A stretch of 64,000 bases of DNA, from the IMG/VR virus record IMGVR_UViG_3300047388_000211, positions 4,318-68,317 of that record. The stretch is one strand, 5' to 3'. Positions 18,618-28,367 of this stretch are shown here, piece by piece. Both the position numbers and the translations under genes were made by a program. Position 1 is the first letter of the stretch; each line of letters begins with the position of its first letter. The notes under the pieces are model-generated. The model was not told the origin of the DNA and ran no database searches. It was given only the letters and a program-made list of their open reading frames with translations. Source of the stretch: a virus.

Positions 18618-19384
18618 TGAGCCAGATTTTTGAATTGATCCCGAAGGTGATGGCCGATATCGGCGCTGTCGCCAAGACCCGTAAGAATGAGCAGCAGAAA
18701 TATATGTTTCGTGGCATTGAGGACCTCTATCAAGCGGCCCACCCGGCGATGGTGAAGCACGGTGTCTTTTGTGCCCCCCAGGTGATGGAACGCACCGAAT
18801 ATCGCTATGAGAAGACCAATGAGTACGGCAAGACCTCGACATGGCTCCACGTGGCCTTGAAGATCTGCCACAGTTTCTGTGCTCCCGACGGATCGAATGT
18901 CCAGGTCATCACCATGGGTGAGGGGCTGGACAACTCCGACAAAGCCTCGAATAAAGCCATGTCTGCTGCGATGAAGTATGCCTTGATTGAACTCTTTTGT
19001 GTGCCCACTGCCGATGTGGAGGATTCCGATCGCACCACACCGGAACAGGGGATCAAAGAAACGATCGTGCTTACTCCCAAGTCCAGGATGGAGTCCGTGA
19101 TTGAGCAGGCTGCGGCCCTCCTTCCGGACAAACTCCCGGATGAAGAGTTTATCGACATCCACCAGAAGAGTCTCCTGTCCCGCAGGTTCCGGGAGTCGGT
19201 ACGACCGGAACTGGAACCAGAAGCCAATGTTCTCCGGCATTCGGCATTGCTTGCCATGCAGGAATCCAAGCTCTTCCGTTCTCAGTTCGTGGATGATAAG
19301 GGGAATCCCACCCAGGACCTGATCCTGAAGAGCGAGTATGCCTCCGTCGGGAGAGAATTGGTGAAGGCGGCGAAGTCCCTATGA
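18617..19384 (+). CDS. erf: ERF-family ssDNA annealing protein
   Basis: KYMFRGIEDLY; GEGLDNSDKASNKAMSAAMKYALIELFCVPT..ED.D. Confidence 0.88.
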   Translation: MSQIFELIPKVMADIGAVAKTRKNEQQKYMFRGIEDLYQAAHPAMVKHGVFCAPQVMERTEYRYEKTNEYGKTSTWLHVALKICHSFCAPDGSNVQVITMGEGLDNSDKASNKAMSAAMKYALIELFCVPTADVEDSDRTTPEQGIKETIVLTPKSRMESVIEQAAALLPDKLPDEEFIDIHQKSLLSRRFRESVRPELEPEANVLRHSALLAMQESKLFRSQFVDDKGNPTQDLILKSEYASVGRELVKAAKSL

Positions 19385-19562
19385 TTGATATTATGATGAA
19401 GGCGTGCATGACAATAGTCTGCGTCGTGACGATAGTGATGTTCGTTATCCTTCTACGTGAGATCTGGAAGTAAATACCGTTATTACTGCCGCATCTGCTG
19501 GCAGGAGTTTGACCATCCTGCTCAGCACAATAAGGGATCGTTTGTCGGAAGCGAGAGACTGA

Positions 19563-20198
19563 ATGGAAACTGCCGTGGAGACATTCGGGAAACAGAGCCA
19601 GGACATCATTCAGGGGGAGATCCGGTTCCGTCCGTCGACTCACGAGTACTTTCATTCCCCGACGAATAAGAAGCTGACCCCGGTATCACGTGTGATCGAG
19701 ACTGTCTACAGCGCCAAGTCCTGGGACGGGGTGAAGCCTGAAGTTGTCGAGAATGCGCGGGATCGGGGGATCGCGGTCGACCGCTACATGGCGGAATACA
19801 TCCGGACTTCCCTTATCCGGATTGAGCCGGATGAATCGCCCGAGGTACGAGATCGGGTGATTGCGGCTCACCGGATCTGGGAGGAGGAGTTTTCCGGCTT
19901 GCCAGCCGTCAGCCAGAAGATCGTTTATTCGCTCCAGGATGGCATTGCAGGCACGATGGACTTCTGGGTGGACCAAAGTATCGTCGTGGACCTGAAATGC
20001 ACCTATAAACCAGAGAAGGCATGGATTCTCCAGCTGGGAGCCTATGCGAACTATTGCCAGGAGCCGCCCCGTCGGATGGGGGTCATCCATGTCACGAAGG
20101 ACGGTGGTACGTGGATCGAGTACAACGTGATGTCCTGCGCTGCCTACTGGCGACAGGGTGTCAGCTGGTGGCGAACCACCAACGAGATGAAGCGGTGA
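19563..20198 (+). CDS. PD-(D/E)xK exonuclease (Cas4-like phage nuclease)
   Basis: F....HEY, PVSRVI, RGIAV, IAGTMD, VVDLK, LQLGAY. Confidence 0.8.
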   Translation: METAVETFGKQSQDIIQGEIRFRPSTHEYFHSPTNKKLTPVSRVIETVYSAKSWDGVKPEVVENARDRGIAVDRYMAEYIRTSLIRIEPDESPEVRDRVIAAHRIWEEEFSGLPAVSQKIVYSLQDGIAGTMDFWVDQSIVVDLKCTYKPEKAWILQLGAYANYCQEPPRRMGVIHVTKDGGTWIEYNVMSCAAYWRQGVSWWRTTNEMKR

Positions 20199-20506
20199 GA
20201 CGAAAGTATCGCGCGGTTCGAACGGAGGTGAACGGTGTCGTTTTTGCCAGCAAAAAAGAGGCGTCTCGGTATATGGAGTTGCTTCTACTTCAGAGAGCGG
20301 GAGAGATCAAAGAGCTTGAACTCCAAGTCAAGTTCTCGATCGACATCAACGGAGTCCATATCTGCAACTACTTCGCGGACTTCCGGTACAAGCCCAGAAG
20401 AGGGGACGCCGTCATCGAAGACGTCAAAGGAATGCGAACCCCGGTCTACAACCTTAAAAAGAAACTGATGCTGGCTTGCCATGGCATCACTATTTGGGAG
20501 ACTTAA
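20195..20506 (+). CDS. DUF1064 endonuclease (resolvase-like)
   Basis: KYRAVRTEVNGVVFASKKEASRY...YFADFRY...IEDVKG. Confidence 0.85.
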   Translation: MRRKYRAVRTEVNGVVFASKKEASRYMELLLLQRAGEIKELELQVKFSIDINGVHICNYFADFRYKPRRGDAVIEDVKGMRTPVYNLKKKLMLACHGITIWET

Positions 20507-20773
20507 ATGATTCGGTGTCCGAACTGTAAGGCCGAGATTGAAGTGCGCGCGGTCGCGGCGAATACCACACGCGCGGTGATTCCGCCCACACCCAAGCCGA
20601 ATGTGAGCGATGTGGGAGATCTTCTCGCCTCCATCAATCCCGACGCGCTCAATGATTACGAGCGAGAGTTCATTGAAACGACCCGTGAGCGCTATGAGAA
20701 GTATGGGGACGAGATCCGAATGTCCCCGAAACAGATGAACGTCCTTCGCGGCATCGCAGGGAAAGACTTTTGA
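20507..20773 (+). CDS. Hypothetical protein
   Basis: CPNC; LNDYEREFI...MSPKQ. Confidence 0.65.
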   Translation: MIRCPNCKAEIEVRAVAANTTRAVIPPTPKPNVSDVGDLLASINPDALNDYEREFIETTRERYEKYGDEIRMSPKQMNVLRGIAGKDF

Positions 20774-21933
20774 AACCCATACCCATTCTCTTTCTCAGTG
20801 ATAATCCGGCCCTGCCCACAGGGTTGGCCCGCATCACGAAGGATCTGGCGGTCCACGTGGCCTCGCTCCCGGAGTTCCGGGTGGGCACTCTGGGCCGGGG
20901 TGGCGTCTCCTCCTCGAAGCTGCCGTTCTTCAATGTGGCTTTCGATGAGGCTTACCAGTGGGGTGAGAACTACATCGAAGATGTCTGGAATGATTTTGCG
21001 GGGAGTCAGGAAGGTGTCCTGATGACGGTGTGGGATATGTCCAGGCTGGGATGGTTTGCCCGTCCCCGTATGGGTGGCCGACTCCAGGAGTTCCTGGAAT
21101 CCAAGCGCTTCAAGAAGTGGGCCTATGTCCCGGTGGATCATTATGGGGTCGCCGGGAAGATGACTACGGAATGTGCCGATACCCTCCGGGGTTTCGACCG
21201 GATCTTGGCCTACACCATGTTCGGGAAGCAGGTGATTGAGGACACGCTCGGGGTGGAGGATGTGGACTGGATTCCCCATGGGATCAATGGCGATGTCTTC
21301 CAGCCACGAGATAAGGTTCCGGGACGGATGGCGCTGGGGGTGAAGCCGGACGAACTACTGATCGGCTGTGTCATGACCAACCAGGAACGAAAGGACTGGG
21401 GCACGGCCTTTGCGGCCATGGCTCAACTGAAGACCACGGGGCGACGGTTCTGGGTCCATACCGATGTTCCCATCCGTGCCTGGAATATGTATGCCCTCGC
21501 CCAGGACTTCGGAATGGGCAACAGTATCGTGTTTACTTTCAATGGGGAGTACAGCAGTGAAGAACTCAGCTATCTCTACAGCGCCTGCGATATTAGCTTC
21601 CTGCCTTCTCTTGGTGAGGGCTTCGGATACCCCATCATTGAATCGCTGGCTTGCGGAGTGCCTGTTGTTCATGGCAATTATGGCGGAGGCGTTGAACTTA
21701 TTCCAGAACGGGACTGGCTGGTCTCCAGTGTATCGACGCGTCTTGACGGCCCTTGGAATTGCGTGCGCCCGGTATGGAATCCGCAGGACTGGGCGAAGAA
21801 GCTCGAATGGGCCCTGACCCAGTACGGGGATGGGAGCTACCGGGATACCTGTACCAATGCGGTATCGCATCTAACCTGGAAGAACCTGTGGCCTGCGGCC
21901 TGGAAGAAGTGGTTTCTGGATGGAATCGCATGA
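20770..21933 (+). CDS. GT-B (GT4-like) glycosyltransferase
   Basis: SDNPALPTG; IPHGI; NQERK; EGFGYPIIESLACGVPVV. Confidence 0.9.
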   Translation: MKPIPILFLSDNPALPTGLARITKDLAVHVASLPEFRVGTLGRGGVSSSKLPFFNVAFDEAYQWGENYIEDVWNDFAGSQEGVLMTVWDMSRLGWFARPRMGGRLQEFLESKRFKKWAYVPVDHYGVAGKMTTECADTLRGFDRILAYTMFGKQVIEDTLGVEDVDWIPHGINGDVFQPRDKVPGRMALGVKPDELLIGCVMTNQERKDWGTAFAAMAQLKTTGRRFWVHTDVPIRAWNMYALAQDFGMGNSIVFTFNGEYSSEELSYLYSACDISFLPSLGEGFGYPIIESLACGVPVVHGNYGGGVELIPERDWLVSSVSTRLDGPWNCVRPVWNPQDWAKKLEWALTQYGDGSYRDTCTNAVSHLTWKNLWPAAWKKWFLDGIA

Positions 21934-22655
21934 AGATGGCGATTGGGGTGGCCACCATGCGGGAAGGCACGGCTCCTCCTGGGGATATCTCTCTGGCCAC
22001 CTGTAACGCCACCCACGATATGCAGGTGGTGGTGGTGCGGAATACCCCAGAGGAGAATCTGGGAGTGGTGGGAAGCTACCAGAAGATCTATGAATCGACG
22101 GATGCGGACATCATCTGTTACATGCACGACGATGTGATCGTGAGGGAAAGGGGTTGGGATGAACGAATACTACAACAGTTTGATGCGCGGGATACAGGCG
22201 TCGTCGGCTTCGGCGGTGCGGAATGGCATGGGACTCCAGAACTCTACAAAACACGTTATACCCTGGGCCAGCTTAGGCGCGGTGAATACCGTTCGAACGT
22301 CGATGATGCCGAAGTCCACGGTGAGCGCTTCGCCGGAGCCTGTGACGTCGCGGTCCTGGACGGCTACTGTCTTGCCGTACGCCGGTCTTTTCTTGAGCGT
22401 AGCGGCGGTTGGGCTTTCCTTCAAGCTGGCGGCATCGACTTCTTCTGTTATGACTACGCTATCTGTGCTCTTGCTCGCCGCTATCAGTATCGCGTGCGCT
22501 GTGTTGGGATTCGTTGCCATCATCGAGGAGGGGGCACATCGGTCCTCGCGAAGACGGGAATAGCTTCACCGGAAGCCTACGAGGCTTCCCATCGTTGGTT
22601 TTATGAGGAATTCAAGGACGTAATGCCTTGTCGGGTAAACCCACAGTCGTTCTGA
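21930..22655 (+). CDS. GT-A glycosyltransferase (Glyco_tranf_2_5-like)
   Basis: ICYMHDDV; GVVGFGG; VAVLDG; FFCYD; CHH. Confidence 0.8.
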   Translation: MKMAIGVATMREGTAPPGDISLATCNATHDMQVVVVRNTPEENLGVVGSYQKIYESTDADIICYMHDDVIVRERGWDERILQQFDARDTGVVGFGGAEWHGTPELYKTRYTLGQLRRGEYRSNVDDAEVHGERFAGACDVAVLDGYCLAVRRSFLERSGGWAFLQAGGIDFFCYDYAICALARRYQYRVRCVGIRCHHRGGGTSVLAKTGIASPEAYEASHRWFYEEFKDVMPCRVNPQSF

Positions 22656-24106
22656 TTACGCCGCCGTCCCCGTTCCTACTGGACGAGAGGGTCTTTCCAT
22701 CCCTCGGCATCCTGAAGGTGGCGGCAGTGGTGGAACAGCTGGGTTATCCGGTAACACATTTAGACCTAAACGGCATTAGCAATTATGAGGAGGCAGTAGC
22801 AAATCTATGTCAATCAATGATTCAAGAGACACCAACCCCTACGCCGATTTTTGGGTTAACAGCCACAACACCACAAATGGTAGCGGCTACACGTATCACC
22901 CGGGTGATCCGGTTTACGTCACCGTCGGCCAGGATTGTGCTGGGTGGACCACATCCAACACTGGTACATGCGGCAGCGCAGCAGGGCAGCCTGCGAGCTT
23001 TACCACTCCTGAAGGAACTTACGACGAAGTTCAATGTTATTGTTGCGGGGGACGGGGAAGAATCTATCGCCTGCGCCCTGGAAGCGAACCCCCCAAGTTT
23101 GATCGACGCGGACGACCCGAAGACAAGCCTGTTCCTGACGAGCCAGAGGATCGCGGAATTACCCTTCCCTCAGCGTTCCCTGATCGACCTCGATAGCTAC
23201 CACTATGAGATCGATGGGGTCCGAGCCACGCCCTTGATCGCCCAGCTGGGCTGTCCCTTCGGCTGCAACTTCTGCGCCGGGAGGGACAGTGCCATGCTGC
23301 GGCGGGTGCGGATGCGCCCCACATCGAACATCATCGCGGAGATGCAGCACATCTATCTGACCTATGGGATACGGGGGTTCATGTGGTTTGATGATGAAAC
23401 CAATGTAAACAAAGGGTTCATGGGTCTCATGAATGCTATCTGCGATCTCCAGTCGGATCTCGGTGTCGAGTTCCGTTGCCGTGGATTCGTGAAGTCCGAG
23501 TTATTCACGGAGGCTCAAGCCGCAGCAATGCACCGTGCGGGATTCAGAAAAATTCTCTGTGGTTTTGAAAGCGGAAACGATCGCATTTTAAAAAACATTA
23601 ACAAGCAGGCCACTAAGGACGAAAACACGCGGGCCATGGAGATCTCGCACAAATATGGACTCGGCATGAAAGCTCTGATGAGCATTGGGCATCCGGGAGA
23701 GTCCCCGGAAACCCTGCAAGATACCCTAGAGTGGGTTATCAGCGTGGCTCCGAACGATGTGGATTACACCATTATTACGCCATACCCTGGCAGTCCATAT
23801 TTTGACAAATCTAGGCACCTTGGTGGAAAGACATGGGCGTTTGAAGTCAATGGCGACCGTTTGTATCAGGAAGAAATTGATTACAGCGTGACGGAAGATT
23901 TCTATAAGGGCTCGATGGATTCCTATAAGAGCTATGTCTGGACAGACTTCCTATCTGAGGATGAGCTTGTCGCTCATCGGGATTCAATGGAGCGAAAAAC
24001 CCGAGACACCCTGAAGCTGCCATATTACCAGCCCAGGCCAGGGATCTCTTTTGAGCACAGCATGGGTCAGTCACCTATTCTGCGAAGATCTGGAGATGGA
24101 CGATAA
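22628..24106 (+). CDS. B12-binding radical SAM enzyme
   Basis: PSLGILKVAA; VLGGPHPT; GDGE; GCPFGCNFC (CxxxCxxC); GFESG; PYPGS. Confidence 0.9.
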   Translation: MSGKPTVVLITPPSPFLLDERVFPSLGILKVAAVVEQLGYPVTHLDLNGISNYEEAVANLCQSMIQETPTPTPIFGLTATTPQMVAATRITRVIRFTSPSARIVLGGPHPTLVHAAAQQGSLRALPLLKELTTKFNVIVAGDGEESIACALEANPPSLIDADDPKTSLFLTSQRIAELPFPQRSLIDLDSYHYEIDGVRATPLIAQLGCPFGCNFCAGRDSAMLRRVRMRPTSNIIAEMQHIYLTYGIRGFMWFDDETNVNKGFMGLMNAICDLQSDLGVEFRCRGFVKSELFTEAQAAAMHRAGFRKILCGFESGNDRILKNINKQATKDENTRAMEISHKYGLGMKALMSIGHPGESPETLQDTLEWVISVAPNDVDYTIITPYPGSPYFDKSRHLGGKTWAFEVNGDRLYQEEIDYSVTEDFYKGSMDSYKSYVWTDFLSEDELVAHRDSMERKTRDTLKLPYYQPRPGISFEHSMGQSPILRRSGDGR

Positions 24107-24566
24107 ACTCATTGCATTCTTCTGGAAAAGAGTAAACAAGACTGCCACGTGCTGGCTGTGGACTGGGGGTAAGGGCATATTCGGTTATGGAATACTCGGC
24201 ATAAAGCCTCGGTACCACGCCCATCGATTTTCATGGTATCTGGCTTATGGCCAGATTGCTGATCCATCGCTGTGCGTCCTACATAAATGCGATGTCCCGG
24301 CATGCGTCAACCCGGACCATCTATTCCTCGGCACACGACAAGACAACATGAAGGACTGCATTGAAAAAGGGAGATTTAATCTTTCGAAGTATTCGTCGCA
24401 TCCCGGAGAATCCAACGTTACATCTAAATTGAACAATGAAAAGGTTCGTCGCATCCGACAGCTTCGAGCGGAGGGAATGAGAGTGAAAGAAATTACCGCA
24501 GTGATTGGAGTGTCTCTAGCAGCCATCGAAGATGTTCTTTATGGCAGGACATGGACTCACGTATGA
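24096..24566 (+). CDS. HNH homing endonuclease
   Basis: CWLWTG, AHRFSW, VLHKCDVPACVNPDHLFLGT..DN, C-terminal HTH. Confidence 0.9.
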   Translation: MDDKLIAFFWKRVNKTATCWLWTGGKGIFGYGILGIKPRYHAHRFSWYLAYGQIADPSLCVLHKCDVPACVNPDHLFLGTRQDNMKDCIEKGRFNLSKYSSHPGESNVTSKLNNEKVRRIRQLRAEGMRVKEITAVIGVSLAAIEDVLYGRTWTHV

Positions 24567-25267
24567 GCCTCTTAGTTATCAGTCGCTGTTACTTTCCACC
24601 CCAGGAGGTGGAGCTATTCTCCGGCCACATGATGGCTACTGCCCGACGGGTGGGGCTGGAGCCTCTCCGCTTCGGCATCGGGGAACAGATGTCCACCCAT
24701 GGGGGCTCCGGTGAAGGTCCCGGAGCTTTAGCGGTGCTGGAGTCCAGAACGGAGGAGGTTGTCCTCTGCTGCGACTCGATGGATGTGGCCTTTCTGGCTG
24801 GAGAGGAAGAGATCCTGGAGAAGTTCTCCCATATGAATAGCGACTTCGTGGTGAGCGGGGAGATGTGTGCGCTGCACAACATGGAGAAGAGTAGCGCGAG
24901 GCTTCAGCTCTATCCCGGCTACTTCAAAGAGATCAACGTGGGGCTGTGGATCGGCAAGCGCACCCATGCCATCGAAGTCCTGCGCTATGCCATCGATCAC
25001 TACCGCTACCACGACGACACCCATGGCCAGGACACGCTCCAGACATGGCTGCCCCTAATGTACGTGGAAGGCGGCGGCCCGGAGTTTGAGATTGATCGGG
25101 ATTGCTATCTCTTCCAATCGATGAACCGGGTGCATCTGGGGGACTTCGTATTCAAAAACAAACGAATGGTCAACATCGTGACCGGCTCCTATCCTGTCGC
25201 TCTTCACTACAACGGGGACAAGAGCCGGTCCAGCTACTTTGAAATGGTGAAGAGGTTAACCGCATGA
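24563..25267 (+). CDS. PLOD-type glycosyltransferase domain protein
   Basis: VVLCCDSMDV; VVSGE; INVGLWIG; IDRDCYLFQSM; PVALHYNG. Confidence 0.7.
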   Translation: MSLLVISRCYFPPQEVELFSGHMMATARRVGLEPLRFGIGEQMSTHGGSGEGPGALAVLESRTEEVVLCCDSMDVAFLAGEEEILEKFSHMNSDFVVSGEMCALHNMEKSSARLQLYPGYFKEINVGLWIGKRTHAIEVLRYAIDHYRYHDDTHGQDTLQTWLPLMYVEGGGPEFEIDRDCYLFQSMNRVHLGDFVFKNKRMVNIVTGSYPVALHYNGDKSRSSYFEMVKRLTA

Positions 25268-26214
25268 AGGCATTTGTAACGGGCGGTGCAGGCTTTATCG
25301 GTTCCCATCTGGTGGATCGACTGTTAGCGGATGGCCACGATGTGACGGTCTATGACCGGATGCTCCGTGGACCACGGTTACTCCATGACGCGATGAAGAG
25401 TGATCGGCTGGAGATCATCGAAGGCGATCTAATGGACCCCGGTAGCATGCTCATGGATGGCGTGGATGTGGTGTTCCATCTGGCTGCGCGCGCGGATGTG
25501 CGGTTCTCTTCCGAGCATCCCGCTGCGGTGTTTAGTCAGAACGTGCAGGGGACCTTCAACGTGGTGGAAGCGGCACGGCGGAATAAGGTGAAGACGATTG
25601 TCTTCGCATCCACCGGATCGATCTACGGGGAGCCAACGGTGTTCCCCACCCCCGAAGATGCTCCATTCCCGGTCCAGACCTCCCTCTATGCGGCCTCGAA
25701 GCTCGCGGGAGAAGGATTGATCCAGGCCTTCGCGGAAGGCTTCGGGCTCCAGGGGTTCATCTTCCGCTTTGTGTCCAATGTGGGGGAGCGCTACACCCAT
25801 GGCCACATCTTCGACTTCTATAAGAAGCTCAAAGCCAATCCCGATACTCTGGATGTCCTTGGCGACGGCAACCAGCGGAAGTCCTATGTCTATGTCGGGG
25901 ATACCGTGAATGGAATCCTGACGGCGCTCCGGAAATCCGACCGGAAGATCAACATCTTCAACCTGGGAACCAATGACTCCTGCACGGTGAAGGAATCGAT
26001 CGGATGGATCACGGAATATCTCAACGTGAAACCGGCCCTTCGTTACCAGGGAGGGACACGGGGATGGTCTGGGGATAGCCCACTCATTCACTTGGACTGT
26101 AAGCGGCTGCGGAACCTGGGATGGGTGCCGCTCGTGAGTATCCAGACCGGCATCGTGAGAACCGTGAAGTACATGCAGGAGAACCACTGGCTCCTGGAGC
26201 GAGGTGAGCATTGA
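25264..26214 (+). CDS. NAD-dependent nucleotide-sugar epimerase/dehydratase
   Basis: TGGAGFIGSH; VFHLAA; YAASK; GDGNQRKSY. Confidence 0.92.
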   Translation: MKAFVTGGAGFIGSHLVDRLLADGHDVTVYDRMLRGPRLLHDAMKSDRLEIIEGDLMDPGSMLMDGVDVVFHLAARADVRFSSEHPAAVFSQNVQGTFNVVEAARRNKVKTIVFASTGSIYGEPTVFPTPEDAPFPVQTSLYAASKLAGEGLIQAFAEGFGLQGFIFRFVSNVGERYTHGHIFDFYKKLKANPDTLDVLGDGNQRKSYVYVGDTVNGILTALRKSDRKINIFNLGTNDSCTVKESIGWITEYLNVKPALRYQGGTRGWSGDSPLIHLDCKRLRNLGWVPLVSIQTGIVRTVKYMQENHWLLERGEH

Positions 26215-27137
26215 TCATCGTGAGGAGTCCGCTCCGGATCACGCTGGGTGGCGGCGGTACCGACATCCCTGCCTACTATGAGAAGTACGGTGGGTGCTGT
26301 GTCGCTGCGGCGATCGACAAGTATGTCTATGTGACGCTGACGCGTCCGTTCTTCAGTGGAATCTACCTAAAATATTCCGAATTGGAGCACGTGGATCATG
26401 TCCAGGACATCAAGCATTCACGGATTCGAGAAGCCATGCGACTCCATGCTACCGATGAACGCATTGAGCTGACGACTCTGGCCGATATACCGGCAGGCAC
26501 TGGGCTCGGCTCATCCTCTAGCTTCACCACGGCGTTGGTTCGGGCGCTATCGGTACATTACGGGCTGAATCTCGACACGCCAACGCTGGCTGACGACGCT
26601 TGCGAGATAGAAATTTATCGATTGCGGGAGCCGATTGGTAAGCAGGATCAATACATCTCAGCGTATGGCGGAGTCCGGTCCCTATATTTTGGCACTGGGA
26701 ACAGGGTGCATATGGAGTCCATCCGTAACACTGTGGGCTTGGAAGAAAACCTAATGTTGTTCTTCACGGGGATCACTCGATCCACGACCGACATTCTCCG
26801 CCCCCGGAGAGAGATGCTGAAAGATTCCATGGGAGAGACAGCTCAGGCGCTACTGGAAGCGGGGCGACTACGGGACTTTGGCTCCCTCTTGAATGTCCAG
26901 TGGAAGCGGAAGAAAGACATGATGCCGGAAGCGATCCCTCCCGTTATTGAGGAGTATCGGGAAGTTGGGCTGAAGAACGGAGCCATTGGCGGGAAGCTGG
27001 TGGGTGCGGGAGGTGGCGGTTTCCTCCTGTTCTATACCGAAGAGCGCTCCAGGCTACGGGCCGCCATGGCCAAGTGTGGCCTTGAAGAAGTGCGCTTCCG
27101 GTTTGAATTTGAAGGAACAAAGGTGCTGGTGTCATGA
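26211..27137 (+). CDS. hddA: D-glycero-alpha-D-manno-heptose 7-phosphate kinase (GHMP)
   Basis: PLRITLGGGGTD; PAGTGLGSSS; IGKQDQY; GGKLVGAGGGG. Confidence 0.85.
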   Translation: MIIVRSPLRITLGGGGTDIPAYYEKYGGCCVAAAIDKYVYVTLTRPFFSGIYLKYSELEHVDHVQDIKHSRIREAMRLHATDERIELTTLADIPAGTGLGSSSSFTTALVRALSVHYGLNLDTPTLADDACEIEIYRLREPIGKQDQYISAYGGVRSLYFGTGNRVHMESIRNTVGLEENLMLFFTGITRSTTDILRPRREMLKDSMGETAQALLEAGRLRDFGSLLNVQWKRKKDMMPEAIPPVIEEYREVGLKNGAIGGKLVGAGGGGFLLFYTEERSRLRAAMAKCGLEEVRFRFEFEGTKVLVS

Positions 27138-27718
27138 CGTGGTCGTTCTATACAGAGGATTATCTGCACGACATCGCCGAGATTGCGAAGAAGCTGAACC
27201 GGAACACCATTGAGCGGATGGTTGAGGGCCTTGCTGAATTGAAGCGCCATCATGGCAGGCTCTTCCTGATCGGTAATGGCGGCAGCGCGGCCAATGCTTC
27301 TCATGCCGTGAATGATTTCAGGAAGATTGTCGGCATCCAGGCTTTCACGCCAACCGACAATGTGGCTGAGCTAACGGCCCGCATCAATGACTTTGGCTGG
27401 GCTGCCTCCTACGGATCGTGGCTTTCCCAGAGCGGCCTGACGCCAAACGATATGGTGTTCGTATTGTCCGTTGGGGGCGGCGGAGAACATGTAAGCCAGA
27501 ACATCGTTCAGGCCCTGAACTACGCTATCGCCATCCGCTGCCCAATTCTGGGGATTGTTGGGAGCCCCGATGGCATGACAGCCAAAACGGCCAACGCATG
27601 TCTGATTATTCTGGACCTTGATGAGGACACCGTTACGCCTTATACCGAGTCCTTTCAGTCCGTGATCCTTCACTTACTTGTGACCCATCCAGGACTTCGA
27701 GATGAAAATATTCGCTGA
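27134..27718 (+). CDS. gmhA: Sedoheptulose-7-phosphate isomerase (SIS)
   Basis: GNGGSAANASHAVND; TARIND; LSVGG; ESFQ. Confidence 0.85.
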   Translation: MTWSFYTEDYLHDIAEIAKKLNRNTIERMVEGLAELKRHHGRLFLIGNGGSAANASHAVNDFRKIVGIQAFTPTDNVAELTARINDFGWAASYGSWLSQSGLTPNDMVFVLSVGGGGEHVSQNIVQALNYAIAIRCPILGIVGSPDGMTAKTANACLIILDLDEDTVTPYTESFQSVILHLLVTHPGLRDENIR

Positions 27719-28367
27719 CTGCGCCGAACCAAAGACGATGATCGCCCTTGCTCCTGAAGTGGACGGGTTTACTACCAACCCCACCTTGATGCGGCAGGCC
27801 GGGGTATATGACTATGAGACATTCGCGCGCGGCGTCCTTGAGGCCATCCAAGACAAGCCAATCTCCTTTGAAGTCATAGCCGATACCTTCCCGGAGATGG
27901 AACGTCAGGCTCATAAGATCCAGTCTTGGGGGCTGAATGCGGTGGTCAAGATCCCGATTACCAATACGAGGGGCGAGTCCTCGTTTCCGCTCATCGAGCG
28001 GCTGGTCGATCGAGGTGTCTCCGTCAATGTGACAGCCGTGATGACAGGGGATCAGGCCACAATGGCGCTGGATGCGGAACCAGCCATTCTGTCCATCTTC
28101 GCGGGGCGTATCGCAGATACCGGCGTGGACCCTCTACCCATCGTCGAAGAGGCAGTCTACGAGGCTGTCGTTACGGAGATCCTATGGGCCTCCACTCGGG
28201 AGCTTCTCAACATTAAGCAGGCGGAATCCGTCGGTTGCCACATCATTACGCTCTCCCCAGAGCTACTTCGGAAGCGGAGCGTGATGGGGAGAAGCCGGGA
28301 TCTCTACTCTCGGGAGACCGTCCAGCAATTCTACGAAGATGCCAAGAAAGCGGGGTACACCCTATGA
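27702..28367 (+). CDS. tal: Transaldolase (TalC/FSA size class)
   Basis: IFAD; GFTTNPTL; ISFEV; VVKIP; VNVT; SIFAGRIAD; LWASTRE. Confidence 0.9.
   Translation: MKIFADCAEPKTMIALAPEVDGFTTNPTLMRQAGVYDYETFARGVLEAIQDKPISFEVIADTFPEMERQAHKIQSWGLNAVVKIPITNTRGESSFPLIERLVDRGVSVNVTAVMTGDQATMALDAEPAILSIFAGRIADTGVDPLPIVEEAVYEAVVTEILWASTRELLNIKQAESVGCHIITLSPELLRKRSVMGRSRDLYSRETVQQFYEDAKKAGYTL

Noticed and set aside
19563-20198. Cas4 or CRISPR system
   Set aside because: Stand-alone phage exonuclease next to ERF; no Fe-S Cys set, array or other cas genes
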